Assembly: GCA_964563185.1 (NCBI GenBank)
Contig: CAZLXD010000002.1
Span: 1-51,542, forward strand
DNA from: an uncultured Chitinophaga sp.
GTDB taxonomy: Bacteria > Bacteroidota > Bacteroidia > Chitinophagales > LD1
Direction of reading: 5' to 3'
Length of the DNA: 51,542 bases
In this document: in pieces, positions 27,557 to 36,854 of the stretch
How positions within the stretch are numbered: position 1 is the stretch's first letter
Layout of the letters: every line of letters begins with the position of its first letter
The notes under the pieces: model-generated
Seen by the model: only the letters and a program-made list of their open reading frames with translations
What the model was told of the DNA's origin: nothing
Databases searched by the model: none
Translations under genes and position numbers: made by a program

Positions 27557-28291
27557 ATGCGAAAGAAATTCAAACACACTTTTGTTCTCACACTTTTTAT
27601 ACTTCTTGCTACACAGGCTTTTTCACTGAACGAAAGGCTTCGAATCGGTTTTTTTGCCTCGCCCGGTATTGCCTGGAGCAAACCTGCCGGCAAAGACCTG
27701 CTGAAAGGCAAGCCCCGCTTTGGTGTGAACTACGGCTTTATGCTGGAATACTGGTTCGCTAAAAACTATGGCCTTTCCACCGGTATAGCAGGAGCATTTG
27801 ACGGCTGTAATCTGCAAGGCCGCGACAAGTTTGAACTGGACACTGCCGGTGTGAAAATCAGAAGCGTGAACGAGAAATACGCTTTTCACTATGTTGTGCT
27901 TCCTGCCTACCTCAAGTTAAAAACCAACGATATTAAGGACAGCAAGTTTTGTGTGTGGGGCCAGGTAGGGGTTGATTTGCAGTTTACCGTAAACGCCCGT
28001 GCCACGTTTAGCGACTCGATAGGAACTGCCGAACTTTATTCCATTGAGAAGGAAAATATACTAAAGGGCAATAATGAAGTAACAAAAGTTATCAGTGGTT
28101 TCCGAAACAATTTTATTGATGTGCGCTTAGGTGCCGGTGCCGGATTTGAATACCGTTTTGATGACGATGCTTCCCTACTGGTAGGTCTGCATTACCACAA
28201 TGGCTTTATCAATAACATATTTGACCGCGATGCCAAAAAGGAACCAAACGTAATGCGCTTTTTCAGCCTGCGCGTAGGGGTATTGTTTTAA
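27557..28291 (+). CDS. Outer-membrane beta-barrel (porin family / PorT-like) protein
   Basis: Signal peptide at the internal ATG 27557 (MRKKFKHTFVLTLFILLATQAFS). Alternating beta-strand pattern and a C-terminal aromatic residue (GVLF). Confidence 0.7.
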   Translation: MRKKFKHTFVLTLFILLATQAFSLNERLRIGFFASPGIAWSKPAGKDLLKGKPRFGVNYGFMLEYWFAKNYGLSTGIAGAFDGCNLQGRDKFELDTAGVKIRSVNEKYAFHYVVLPAYLKLKTNDIKDSKFCVWGQVGVDLQFTVNARATFSDSIGTAELYSIEKENILKGNNEVTKVISGFRNNFIDVRLGAGAGFEYRFDDDASLLVGLHYHNGFINNIFDRDAKKEPNVMRFFSLRVGVLF

Positions 28292-28306
28292 AGGATTTAC
28301 ACAGCA

Positions 28307-29983
28307 ATGAAAATAGCGCTCGCTCAGCTCAACTATCACGTTGGGAATTTTACCGCCAACACCTCTAAAATTATTAGCGCCATTCAGGAAGTTGAAAAGC
28401 AGGGCGCTGAACTGGTAGTGTTTAGCGAACTATGCGTATGCGGCTACCCTCCACGCGATTTCTTAGAGTTTGATGATTTTATTGAGCAAAGCACGGCTGC
28501 CTTAAATGATATAGCAAAACACACACAAACAGTGGCTGCTTTAGTAGGTTGCCCGCGCAAAAATCCGGTGAAGGAAGGAAAGGACTTATACAATTCTGCT
28601 TTCTTTCTGTATGAAGGGGAGGTGAAGTTTATTGCCGATAAAACCCTGTTGCCTAACTACGATGTATTTGATGAGTACCGCTATTTTGAACCCAACCGCA
28701 GGTTTGAAATCTTCACATTTAAAGGGAAGAAGTTAGCCATTACTATTTGCGAGGATATCTGGAACGTTGGCAACGATAACCCGCTATACACTATTTCACC
28801 GATGGATGAATTGGTAAAGCAACAGCCTGATTTAATGATTAACCTTTCGGCTTCGCCATTTAGTTATAAGCAGCCGCAAGAGCGTTTGAAAGTGATAACC
28901 GCTAACGTTGCCCGCTATGGTGTTCCTATGATTTATGTAAACGAAGCAGGCGGGCAAACCGAATTGCTGTTTGACGGTGGCAGTATAGTAATGGCTGCCG
29001 AAGGACATGTGGCTCATCAGCTTTCATATTTCAAAGAAGAGATGCTGGTTATTGAAACGGAAGCCATTTCCAACATTAAAACCGAAGCAGCCAAATACAG
29101 CGAAGTGGAACTGATACACGGAGCGCTGGTAATGGGCATTCGCGATTACTTTGAAAAGCTGGGGTTTAAAAAAGCCATACTCGGCTTAAGCGGTGGTATT
29201 GATTCTGCCCTGGTACTTTGTTTGGCAGCCAAAGCGCTGGGCAAAGAAAATGTGCTCTCGCTGCTGTTGCCTTCCGGTTTTTCATCGGACCATTCGGTGA
29301 ATGATTCTATTGCGCTTTGCAACAATTTGGGAATGAAGTACGAAACGGTTGCTATTGAAAATACTTTTCAGTCTTTCCGCGAAACACTTTCGCCCTGGTT
29401 TAAAGATTTGCCCTTTAACGTAGCCGAAGAAAACATGCAGGCGCGCACCCGCGGGGTGCTGCTGATGGCTTTCAGCAATAAGTTTGGTTACATACTGCTG
29501 AACACTACCAACAAAAGCGAGGCAGCCGTAGGCTACGGCACCTTGTATGGCGATATGTGCGGAGGCCTGGCCGTGCTGGGCGATGTATACAAAACACAGG
29601 TGTATGAGTTGGCCCGTTACATTAACACCTCATCCGCCCTTCGGGCACCTTCTTCTTTAGGAGAAGGAAATACCACTCCAGTTATACCTGAGAACATTAT
29701 TACCAAAGCCCCCTCGGCTGAATTGCGCCCTAACCAAAAAGATTCCGATTCGCTGCCCGAGTATGATATTCTCGACAAAATTCTTTTCCAGTACATAGAA
29801 AAACGACAAGGCCCTAAAGAGTTAGTGGCAATGGGTTTTGATAAGGCTTTGGTAGACCGGGTACTCAAACTGGTTAACAGCAACGAATGGAAGCGGCACC
29901 AGGCTCCGCCTATTTTGCGCGTGTCGCCAAAAGCCTTTGGTATTGGCAGGCGTATGCCCATTGAGGGGAAATATCTCGGTTAG
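28307..29983 (+). CDS. nadE: Glutamine-dependent NAD+ synthetase
   Basis: N-terminal CN-hydrolase domain (catalytic-Cys context ITICED) and a C-terminal synthetase PP-loop (GLSGGIDSA). 558 aa. Confidence 0.92.
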   Translation: MKIALAQLNYHVGNFTANTSKIISAIQEVEKQGAELVVFSELCVCGYPPRDFLEFDDFIEQSTAALNDIAKHTQTVAALVGCPRKNPVKEGKDLYNSAFFLYEGEVKFIADKTLLPNYDVFDEYRYFEPNRRFEIFTFKGKKLAITICEDIWNVGNDNPLYTISPMDELVKQQPDLMINLSASPFSYKQPQERLKVITANVARYGVPMIYVNEAGGQTELLFDGGSIVMAAEGHVAHQLSYFKEEMLVIETEAISNIKTEAAKYSEVELIHGALVMGIRDYFEKLGFKKAILGLSGGIDSALVLCLAAKALGKENVLSLLLPSGFSSDHSVNDSIALCNNLGMKYETVAIENTFQSFRETLSPWFKDLPFNVAEENMQARTRGVLLMAFSNKFGYILLNTTNKSEAAVGYGTLYGDMCGGLAVLGDVYKTQVYELARYINTSSALRAPSSLGEGNTTPVIPENIITKAPSAELRPNQKDSDSLPEYDILDKILFQYIEKRQGPKELVAMGFDKALVDRVLKLVNSNEWKRHQAPPILRVSPKAFGIGRRMPIEGKYLG

Positions 29984-30031
29984 TCAAAATAATTACCTTA
30001 GCCGCCCGTTTAAAAGGCCAATAAAATTACC

Positions 30032-30808
30032 ATGCGCTATATCGTTTTTATTCTGTTTGCCCTTGTATCGTTGAATGTATCGGCACAGCAGGATTCGGTG
30101 AAAACCACCAAAAAGAAGAAACAGTTAACCCCCGAGCAGATTGCCAAACGTGCGGCTGCCGAAAAGAAATTCTCGAAGTTTTCGAAAGACCGCTTTGCCG
30201 TTGATTTTATGGGAAGCAACTGGATTTACAGCAAAAGCGACCCGCGTATTGTGGACATTAACGGGGTGCCCAACAACCTCAGCCCCAAGTGGTATTCGCG
30301 CGGTATAAACATTACCTTCTACTACGATTTCCGCATTAAAAAATCGCGCTTCAGTTTTGCGCCCGGTATTGGTTACAGCAGTTCCAATATTTATTCGCGC
30401 CACGAGTTGCTGGAAGACACCAACGGTATTACCCTGCGTTCGCTGGCTAACCCCGGTGATTACAAGGTGAACAAAATTTCCCTTCAGTACCTCGAAATTC
30501 CTTTGGAGTTCCGCATTAAAACCAACCCCGATAAGTTAGACCAAGTATGGAAATTTGCCATAGGCTTTAAGGCCGGTGTAAGGGTAGATGCCCACACGAA
30601 AGTGAAAGTAAAAGAAGGCGGTGCCACTAAGGTGTATGTGGAAAGACGCTTTCCGGATTTCAACCTGTTCCGCATAGGGCCTACTATCCGTATTGGCTAC
30701 AGCAGCTTTAACCTGACCGCTTTTTACAGCATACTCGGGGTATTTAAAAAAGACCGCGGCCCCGGTGTAAACGAGTTTGGTGTAGGTATTTCGTTCAACG
30801 GATTATAG
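30032..30808 (+). CDS. Outer-membrane beta-barrel (porin family) protein
   Basis: Signal peptide, beta-strand periodicity and a C-terminal aromatic residue. Confidence 0.65.
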   Translation: MRYIVFILFALVSLNVSAQQDSVKTTKKKKQLTPEQIAKRAAAEKKFSKFSKDRFAVDFMGSNWIYSKSDPRIVDINGVPNNLSPKWYSRGINITFYYDFRIKKSRFSFAPGIGYSSSNIYSRHELLEDTNGITLRSLANPGDYKVNKISLQYLEIPLEFRIKTNPDKLDQVWKFAIGFKAGVRVDAHTKVKVKEGGATKVYVERRFPDFNLFRIGPTIRIGYSSFNLTAFYSILGVFKKDRGPGVNEFGVGISFNGL

Positions 30809-30833
30809 CGCTTATTGCTTTTCAGAAATAAGG

Positions 30834-30868
30834 AACGTTCCGCCCCTTTACTGGCGGAACGTTTTTTT
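30834..30868 (+). terminator. Rho-independent terminator
   Basis: The 11-bp stem AACGTTCCGCC/GGCGGAACGTT has an 8-nt loop and is followed by a T-run. Confidence 0.8.
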
Positions 30869-30933
30869 ATGCCTTCTTCCGCCCGCTTGCTTATTTCCCA
30901 TAAAATATATCTTTAAGCAACACAACCACTCCT

Positions 30934-32352
30934 ATGCTTAAAAGAATACTCCTTCCCGTTTTATTGCTGGCTGTTTTAGTTAACTGGTCGGGCTGTAAAA
31001 AAGAATGCAACATACCGCTGCCCAACAACCCCGGTGATACTACTTACGTGCAAACCACCCCCTGGCCCAAGTGGGTTTTTCAGCATTGGGTGTGGGAAGG
31101 CGAAGGCACCACGCAAAGCGCCCGGCAACTGGTTGATGATTACTTAGCCAACGGCATACCGGTAGATGCTATTATTATTGACAGCCCCTGGGAAACCGGC
31201 TACAATACTTTTGAGTGGGACAGCACCCGCTACCCCGATGCACAGGGCATGATTGATTACTTCCACAGCAAAAACATAAAAGTGCTTTGCTGGATAACCG
31301 GAGGCATTGATACCAACATGCACCCCCTGTGGGACTACGCCAAAGACCACAACTATTTTATGAAAGAGAATGCCAACAGCGGCCCCGCTATTGTAAAATG
31401 GTGGAAGCCTACCCGTTGCAGCCTCATAGATTTTTACAACCCCGATGCCGTGGCCTGGTGGAAGGGCCTGATGGATAAAACACTGGCCTATGGTATTGAC
31501 GGCTGGAAGTGCGATGGCTCCGATTTTCTGCTGTACGATGTGCAGAATTTTAAATCGTATTTCTACTCGCCTTACTTACAGGGCAACATACCCAGCCGCA
31601 ACGATTACTCGGAAAAATACTACCGCCTGTTTCACGAATACAGCCGCCAGAAGTTAGGCAACGACCGCGTGGTGATGTGCCGCCCCGTAGATAATTACGG
31701 CTACCCTTTCAGCGGCAGTTTAGTGGAGTTTGGCCCCAAGGATATCAGCTATGCTTACTGGGTGGGCGACCAGGATGGCGACTTTAACGGTATGAAAGCC
31801 GCGCTCAACAACATGTACGAAAGCGATGCTTCGGGCTACTACAGCTTTGGTTCCGATATTGGCGGCTACCGCACCGATGAAACCCTGTACCCCGGCACCG
31901 GCCGTTCGAAAGAAAGCTTTATACGCTGGGCACAGCTGGGCGCTTTTAGCGGCTTAATGGAAAACGGTGGCGGAGGCGAGCACCGCCCCTGGATGTTCGA
32001 CCAGCAAACCAACGAGATATACAAAAAGCTGGTGATTATGCGCAACAAATACTTAGTGGGTTACTTAATGGAAAACATGAGCAAGGTAGTGGCGCAGGGC
32101 AGCTCGCTCATGAACTTTTACAACAAAACCGATTACAGCTATATGCTGGGCGATGATATTTACGTAGCGCCTGTGCTAAGCAGCAGCGGCACCGTAACCG
32201 TTAACCTGCCCGCAGGCGATAACTGGGTTTACTTATACGATAAAACCAAAGTATACGAAGGCGGGCAAAGCATTACCAAAACCTACGCGCTGGAAGAGTT
32301 CCCCGTTTACATAAAGCAAAGCAGTAAGCTGGCCGATGCGGTGGTGATGTAG
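30934..32352 (+). CDS. Glycoside hydrolase family 31-like lipoprotein
   Basis: Lipoprotein signal (NWSGCKK). GH31-like catalytic-region motifs (GIDGWKCDGSDF; WVGDQDGDF; FGSDIGGY). Confidence 0.75.
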   Translation: MLKRILLPVLLLAVLVNWSGCKKECNIPLPNNPGDTTYVQTTPWPKWVFQHWVWEGEGTTQSARQLVDDYLANGIPVDAIIIDSPWETGYNTFEWDSTRYPDAQGMIDYFHSKNIKVLCWITGGIDTNMHPLWDYAKDHNYFMKENANSGPAIVKWWKPTRCSLIDFYNPDAVAWWKGLMDKTLAYGIDGWKCDGSDFLLYDVQNFKSYFYSPYLQGNIPSRNDYSEKYYRLFHEYSRQKLGNDRVVMCRPVDNYGYPFSGSLVEFGPKDISYAYWVGDQDGDFNGMKAALNNMYESDASGYYSFGSDIGGYRTDETLYPGTGRSKESFIRWAQLGAFSGLMENGGGGEHRPWMFDQQTNEIYKKLVIMRNKYLVGYLMENMSKVVAQGSSLMNFYNKTDYSYMLGDDIYVAPVLSSSGTVTVNLPAGDNWVYLYDKTKVYEGGQSITKTYALEEFPVYIKQSSKLADAVVM

Positions 32353-32353
32353 G
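32298..32353 (+). repeat. Direct repeat copy A (3' end of the GH31 gene including its stop)
   Basis: 55/56 nt identical to 33067-33122 by hand alignment. The single mismatch is at 32349 (G versus A). Confidence 0.9.
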
Positions 32354-32467
32354 GAAAGAAGATTTCCGAAGCTTTTGATATTTAAAAGTATTTAGATGGC
32401 GGGGCACCGGCCGATAAGAAATGGTTGCTGTGTTTGTATATCTTTGAGAAAACAAAGTTGTTTCGCC

Positions 32468-32698
32468 ATGAAACCATATCAGGAAATAATTTCGGTGAAT
32501 CCGAATGTGCGCTCGGGTAAACCATGTGTGCGCAATTTGCGAATTACCGTAGCCGATGTGCTTGGTTACCTTGCCGCAGGCATGACCCGGCAGGAAATAA
32601 TTGCTGATTTTCCCACACTTACCAATGAAGATATTACTGCCTGCCTGGCTTATGCGGCAGACAGCGAAAAGCATGTAAAGTTTGCCTCGGTTGACTAA
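32468..32698 (+). CDS. DUF433 domain protein (putative antitoxin)
   Basis: The sequence NPNVRSGKPCVRNLRITVADVLGYLAAGMT.EEI..DFP.LT.EDI.A.L.YA is the typical DUF433 pattern. The internal ATG at 32468 is used. Its stop overlaps the next start (TAATG). Confidence 0.85.
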   Translation: MKPYQEIISVNPNVRSGKPCVRNLRITVADVLGYLAAGMTRQEIIADFPTLTNEDITACLAYAADSEKHVKFASVD

Positions 32699-33030
32699 TG
32701 GTTTTAGTAGATAACAATCTCTCTTATCGGGTAGCTGTTTTTCTTCATAAGGCTTTTCCGGGCAGTGCACATGTGGCAACGTATAACATGGATGAAAACA
32801 CCGAAGATATTGCGATATGGAATTTTGCGAAAGAAAAGGGGTTTACTATTCTTACTAAGGATAATGACTTTGAATCGTTGAGCCGTTTGTTTGGCTGCCC
32901 GCCAAAGGTTATTCAACTTACCTGCGGCAATAAAACAACTTCACAGATAAATTCAATTTTAGAAAAAAGCGTTGCCGTAATAGGCGGTTTTATTGAAGAT
33001 GACGAAAACTGCCTGATGTATTTGCAGTAG
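32698..33030 (+). CDS. DUF5615 family PIN-like nuclease (putative toxin)
   Basis: The N-terminus (LVDNNLSYRVAVFL) and the motif (ILTKDNDF) are typical of the Mut7-C/DUF5615 partners of DUF433. Confidence 0.8.
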   Translation: MVLVDNNLSYRVAVFLHKAFPGSAHVATYNMDENTEDIAIWNFAKEKGFTILTKDNDFESLSRLFGCPPKVIQLTCGNKTTSQINSILEKSVAVIGGFIEDDENCLMYLQ

Positions 33031-33066
33031 ATAATTTACAGAGCTACACATTGCAACAGCAAGCGG

Positions 33067-33122
33067 GTTCCCCGTTTACATAAAGCAAAGCAGTAAGCTG
33101 GCCGATGCGGTGGTGATATAGG
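33067..33122 (+). repeat. Direct repeat copy B (orphan copy of the GH31 3' end)
   Basis: 55/56 nt identical to 32298-32353. It is not attached to any upstream GH31 reading frame. Confidence 0.9.
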
Positions 33123-33363
33123 CCAGAAGTGTTTCACCTACCTATAAAAAGTGCTTTTGGTTGGCAGGGATGCTGGTTAAGCGGGAGAGGACAAGCCACG
33201 CGCCTTAAGCTATCTGTAGAAGTGAGCGACTGCATGTCTACCGCTGGCGGGAGATGCCGCAAAGCGGCAAAGGGTGGTATTAAACAAACCACCACACCGC
33301 TTACTACATTTTATGGTTTGGTTATTGGTTGACCACGTGCAGGGAACCGGTAACTCCCGAAGC

Positions 33364-33396
33364 AGCGATACCATCCCTTAAAGGGATGGTATCGCT
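33364..33396. repeat. Perfect 14-bp-stem hairpin AGCGATACCATCCC-TTAAA-GGGATGGTATCGCT
   Basis: Read directly. The arms are near-identical to those of the hairpin at 38100-38146. It lies 80 nt downstream of the minus-strand T9SS gene. Confidence 0.85.
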
Positions 33397-33475
33397 ATAG
33401 CCATAACCCCTAAAACCGCACAAGAACCCTCCACTGTATCCCACGCTGCATTGCGCGAGTAGGAGGGTATTTTAC

Positions 33476-35548
33476 TCACTCAAACAAAATCTTCTTATAA
33501 ATACTACCCTCGCTTGTGTGGCATTCTATAAAGTACAAACCTTGTTTCGCTACCGGCAAAATAATTTGTTGCGTATGTGTGCCTTCGCCTAACTTGCCCA
33601 AACTATAAGTGGGCGAAATACTTCTACCTTGCAGGTCGGTTACTTGTATGAAAAAGTCATCGGCTTTCTTTACTTCCAATTTCAGGTTGATTTCTTTTTG
33701 AGCCGGGTTAGGAAAAACCTCTAAAGAGGCAACTGATGATACCTCATGAATGCCACCACAAATAAGGTAATAGTTGCAAGTGTCGAGATAATTAAAACAC
33801 CAATTGTTGATGACGTAACCTAAGGCACAGGCATCGTAAAAATCAAGTTGCTTGTGCTCATAGCAAACTAAAACCTGATCGGTACCGGGATATTGATATT
33901 CAGGGCAAGTAAACAGGCCACCACAGCACTGGCTAAAATGATTATACGGATAAATCAGTTCAGCCATATTACCGATACCTTCTACCCATTTTAACTGCAC
34001 TTGATTAACACCTGCCCCTTTTTTTAGATAAAACACTTTACGTGGCGAGGCGGTATGTTGGGCATTAAAAGAACCAATAGAGTCAAGCTTGTAAACGCCT
34101 GTTTGATAATAACTGAAGCTATTTGAAAACCGGAGGGTTACAGTGTCGCCTATCCCCATTCCAAAATCGTACAGCAGTGTTTCGTATGCACTATCTATAT
34201 CCCAAAAGTATATCCTGCGCATAATGGTGTCTTCGCGCAAATAGCCCATTACACATTGTTGCACGGGCCACATGTTAAGTGTTTGGCTCCACAGTATTTT
34301 GTACGTGTAGCTATCAATCATGGTATCATTACCGGTGTATTCTGTAAAGCCGTTTCCGGAGTTGGAAGACCCCGGCCCGCAATTGCTGCTACGGGAGTTG
34401 TTATTACCGGGATTGCCCAAAACAGGCATTAGATTACTTACGTAGTGCCAAACATTAACGGAATCTAACAGCGGCACATAAGTGCCATCGGTAATACTCA
34501 ATTGCAGGCAAGTATCATAAGCGCATTGGCTAGTACTATCGGATATATGCACACATACGCTGTAGTTTCCATTGGCTGTAAAGCGATAAAAAACACTCCC
34601 TGCTACCGAATCCTGAATAATGGTGTCCGAATTAATTGTCCATACAAAATTTTTAAGTTGGATAGTATCTGTACAAAGGGCTGAGAAATTGTAATAACCC
34701 GGCCCCACGTTTGTTGATTTGAAACTAGCGCTGCATTCGGAAACAACTTCCACACTATCCATTTGAATACAACCACCTGCATCGGTTATAGTTACATAGT
34801 ATTTTCCTGCTGCTAAGTTTGTTCGGGCACTATCAGTGTTGCCATCGCTCCATAAAAATGTAAATGGAGCTAAGCCATTTTGTATTTCAATGGCAGCCGA
34901 ACCGGTATTGCCCCAGTTGGCAGGCAAACGGTGTTTTAGGTATTTAAAACAAATGGTATCAACATTGGCATTTGTAAAATAGCATCCCGCAATGGCTGGT
35001 ACGGTATAGCTTATTCCTCTAAAACACAAATACAATTGCAATAGGCTAGTGTATGTAATGCCACTTATTTGCGCAAAAAAAGTATCGGAAATATTGGTGT
35101 TGTTTGTCCAAATAGTATCGTAAAAAACGGGACTACCCGGCTTAATAATGTACTTGTAGTTACCTAAAGGCCGCATTAGGTTACATGTGTTGCCCTCCCA
35201 AAAGGTAATACTTACCGAATCGATGGGAGATATTACGTTTTGCGATTGAATACCGCGGATAGTAAAAGCAGGGGTTGATACAAATTTGAACCAAACATCT
35301 TTACCAGTTTGTTTACCGAAAGAGCTGTTACAGGTGCTATCGGTAGAGTAATACGGGTAAGATACAGTAGCCTGTAGGGTAGAAACATCAATGCAGGTAT
35401 CAAACAGGCTAAAGTCGTACGAAAGAAAATTATACGTGCCGTCCATAACACCAATATCGGTAGCGGTGGCGCAATTATCGTTTGGTACTTGGGCCTGTAA
35501 ATTACAAACGGTAAGTAAGATTAGTAGAAGAGGGAAAAGTTTTTTCAT
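33476..35548 (-). CDS. T9SS type-A sorting-domain secreted protein with an SprB-repeat/PKD-like module
   Basis: Signal peptide. SprB-type repeat (FTFLWSDGNTDSARTNLAAGKYYVTITDAGGC). C-terminal Por-secretion tail (LEVFPNPA...GLYFIE...KILFE). Confidence 0.85.
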   Translation of the reverse strand: MKKLFPLLLILLTVCNLQAQVPNDNCATATDIGVMDGTYNFLSYDFSLFDTCIDVSTLQATVSYPYYSTDSTCNSSFGKQTGKDVWFKFVSTPAFTIRGIQSQNVISPIDSVSITFWEGNTCNLMRPLGNYKYIIKPGSPVFYDTIWTNNTNISDTFFAQISGITYTSLLQLYLCFRGISYTVPAIAGCYFTNANVDTICFKYLKHRLPANWGNTGSAAIEIQNGLAPFTFLWSDGNTDSARTNLAAGKYYVTITDAGGCIQMDSVEVVSECSASFKSTNVGPGYYNFSALCTDTIQLKNFVWTINSDTIIQDSVAGSVFYRFTANGNYSVCVHISDSTSQCAYDTCLQLSITDGTYVPLLDSVNVWHYVSNLMPVLGNPGNNNSRSSNCGPGSSNSGNGFTEYTGNDTMIDSYTYKILWSQTLNMWPVQQCVMGYLREDTIMRRIYFWDIDSAYETLLYDFGMGIGDTVTLRFSNSFSYYQTGVYKLDSIGSFNAQHTASPRKVFYLKKGAGVNQVQLKWVEGIGNMAELIYPYNHFSQCCGGLFTCPEYQYPGTDQVLVCYEHKQLDFYDACALGYVINNWCFNYLDTCNYYLICGGIHEVSSVASLEVFPNPAQKEINLKLEVKKADDFFIQVTDLQGRSISPTYSLGKLGEGTHTQQIILPVAKQGLYFIECHTSEGSIYKKILFE

Positions 35549-35718
35549 AGAGGTGCTTTATGTAAACATACAAAGTATGCTTTCTATTCGATTGCGCTCT
35601 CTTAAAAAATGACATTTCTGTGACAATTCCCCCAATGGCGAGCGTTTCCCCACTGCCCCCGCACCTCGCTCTTGCCAAAGAGGTTAAAGCAACTTCAACA
35701 AATCAACGGAACTTCTCC

Positions 35719-36327
35719 TCACTCCTTCTTCTCCTCATCGCCCTTCTGTTTAAGTTTAGGCTTTCTTTTCTTTTTGTTGCGCTGTCGTATTGTCTCCTTT
35801 GCTCTTTTTATTTCCTCCTCTGAAAGAAACTGGTGAGCAAACACCTCGCGGTAGTATTGCCATTCGCGGACTGTTAAAGGAGTCCAGTTTGCGTATAAAA
35901 CGGTACTGGCTTCTGCCGCGCATTGTTCAAATTCCTGTAATAGTTGTACCGATAGTTGGTTGTGTGCTTTGGCTGAACCGTTTGCCACCGCCCTTCGCCA
36001 TTTCAAATTGTGATGCCCAAAAACAACCTGCAAATACTCTACGTGCGAAAGAAACATGTGCAGCCTCGAACTGGCATCGGTTTGCTCGTAGCAGGCTTTC
36101 CTGTTTTTGGAAAGAAACTGAAGCATACTTAACGGGTAGTGTTGTTCCCCGTTATGGAAAATTAGCCCCCATTCGTTCTGGTAGTAGTCCTCCACTAAAG
36201 GCTTTGGTATTCGACCGGCTATCATTAGCCGGATTGTTTTCCAGGAGAGCCTTGAAAACAATTGCTTCTGTTTTCGATAGCGCAACATAAGCTGTTCTCT
36301 AATCTGTTGTTCAGTTACTGTTACCAT
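35719..36327 (-). CDS. Hypothetical protein (202 aa) with a Lys-rich C-terminal tail ending KGDEEKKE
   Basis: Long ORF with an ATG start, 42 nt downstream of the HTH gene on the same strand. No family recognised. Confidence 0.6.
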   Translation of the reverse strand: MVTVTEQQIREQLMLRYRKQKQLFSRLSWKTIRLMIAGRIPKPLVEDYYQNEWGLIFHNGEQHYPLSMLQFLSKNRKACYEQTDASSRLHMFLSHVEYLQVVFGHHNLKWRRAVANGSAKAHNQLSVQLLQEFEQCAAEASTVLYANWTPLTVREWQYYREVFAHQFLSEEEIKRAKETIRQRNKKKRKPKLKQKGDEEKKE

Positions 36328-36368
36328 ATATAAGGTTGGTAGTTAAGTAAACGGATTATTTCTCCCCC

Positions 36369-36716
36369 TCACTCCTTCTTCTCCTCATTGCCCTTTTCAA
36401 ACAGCTTGCGTATTTCATCGGGGCTAAGGTTTTTAATAGCCTCATCCAGCACAAACGGGGCTTTGGGTTTAAGCTGTTGCAGGGGATGCCGGGGGTCGTC
36501 CTGCATGGTGTCATCGGGCAACCATTCAAACAGGTCGTTGGGGCGGCAATGCAAAAGCAGGCATAGTGTTTCTACATGCTCAATCAATATCCATTTCTTT
36601 TTGCCGCTCATATAGTCGTGGGCAATAGAGTGGCTAATGCCCAGGGCTACCATTTTTTTAAACGGAGCCTTTACTCCTTTTTCTTTCATGAGCGATTTAA
36701 TACGTAGGCGAATCAT
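36369..36716 (-). CDS. XRE/Cro-C1-type helix-turn-helix DNA-binding protein (115 aa), tail KGNEEKKE
   Basis: The N-terminal 65 aa show the HTH_3-like pattern, ending in the typical L...L.C.PNDLFEW. Confidence 0.7.
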   Translation of the reverse strand: MIRLRIKSLMKEKGVKAPFKKMVALGISHSIAHDYMSGKKKWILIEHVETLCLLLHCRPNDLFEWLPDDTMQDDPRHPLQQLKPKAPFVLDEAIKNLSPDEIRKLFEKGNEEKKE

Positions 36717-36854
36717 GGTGTTTATTTTTAAGGTTAAATAATTGCTGAATTATCCCCTCTTCCTATCCCCGCTGCGGGATGCTGCACTTTGCCGACAGCA
36801 CTAATATAAGCATCTGTTTTAATCCTTAAAAATTTTTTTCGGAGGTAAATCAAC

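Noticed and set aside
33129-33332. A 67-aa + strand ORF between the TA cassette and the T9SS gene.
   Set aside because: It starts right after the orphan GH31-end repeat, has no recognisable motif or translational context, and the region is rich in small hairpins. It is more likely non-coding.
33348-33354. A lone CGGTAAC (the repeat-array core) next to the 33364 hairpin.
   Set aside because: A 7-mer is expected several times by chance in 51 kb on two strands. There is no flanking similarity to the 21-bp unit.
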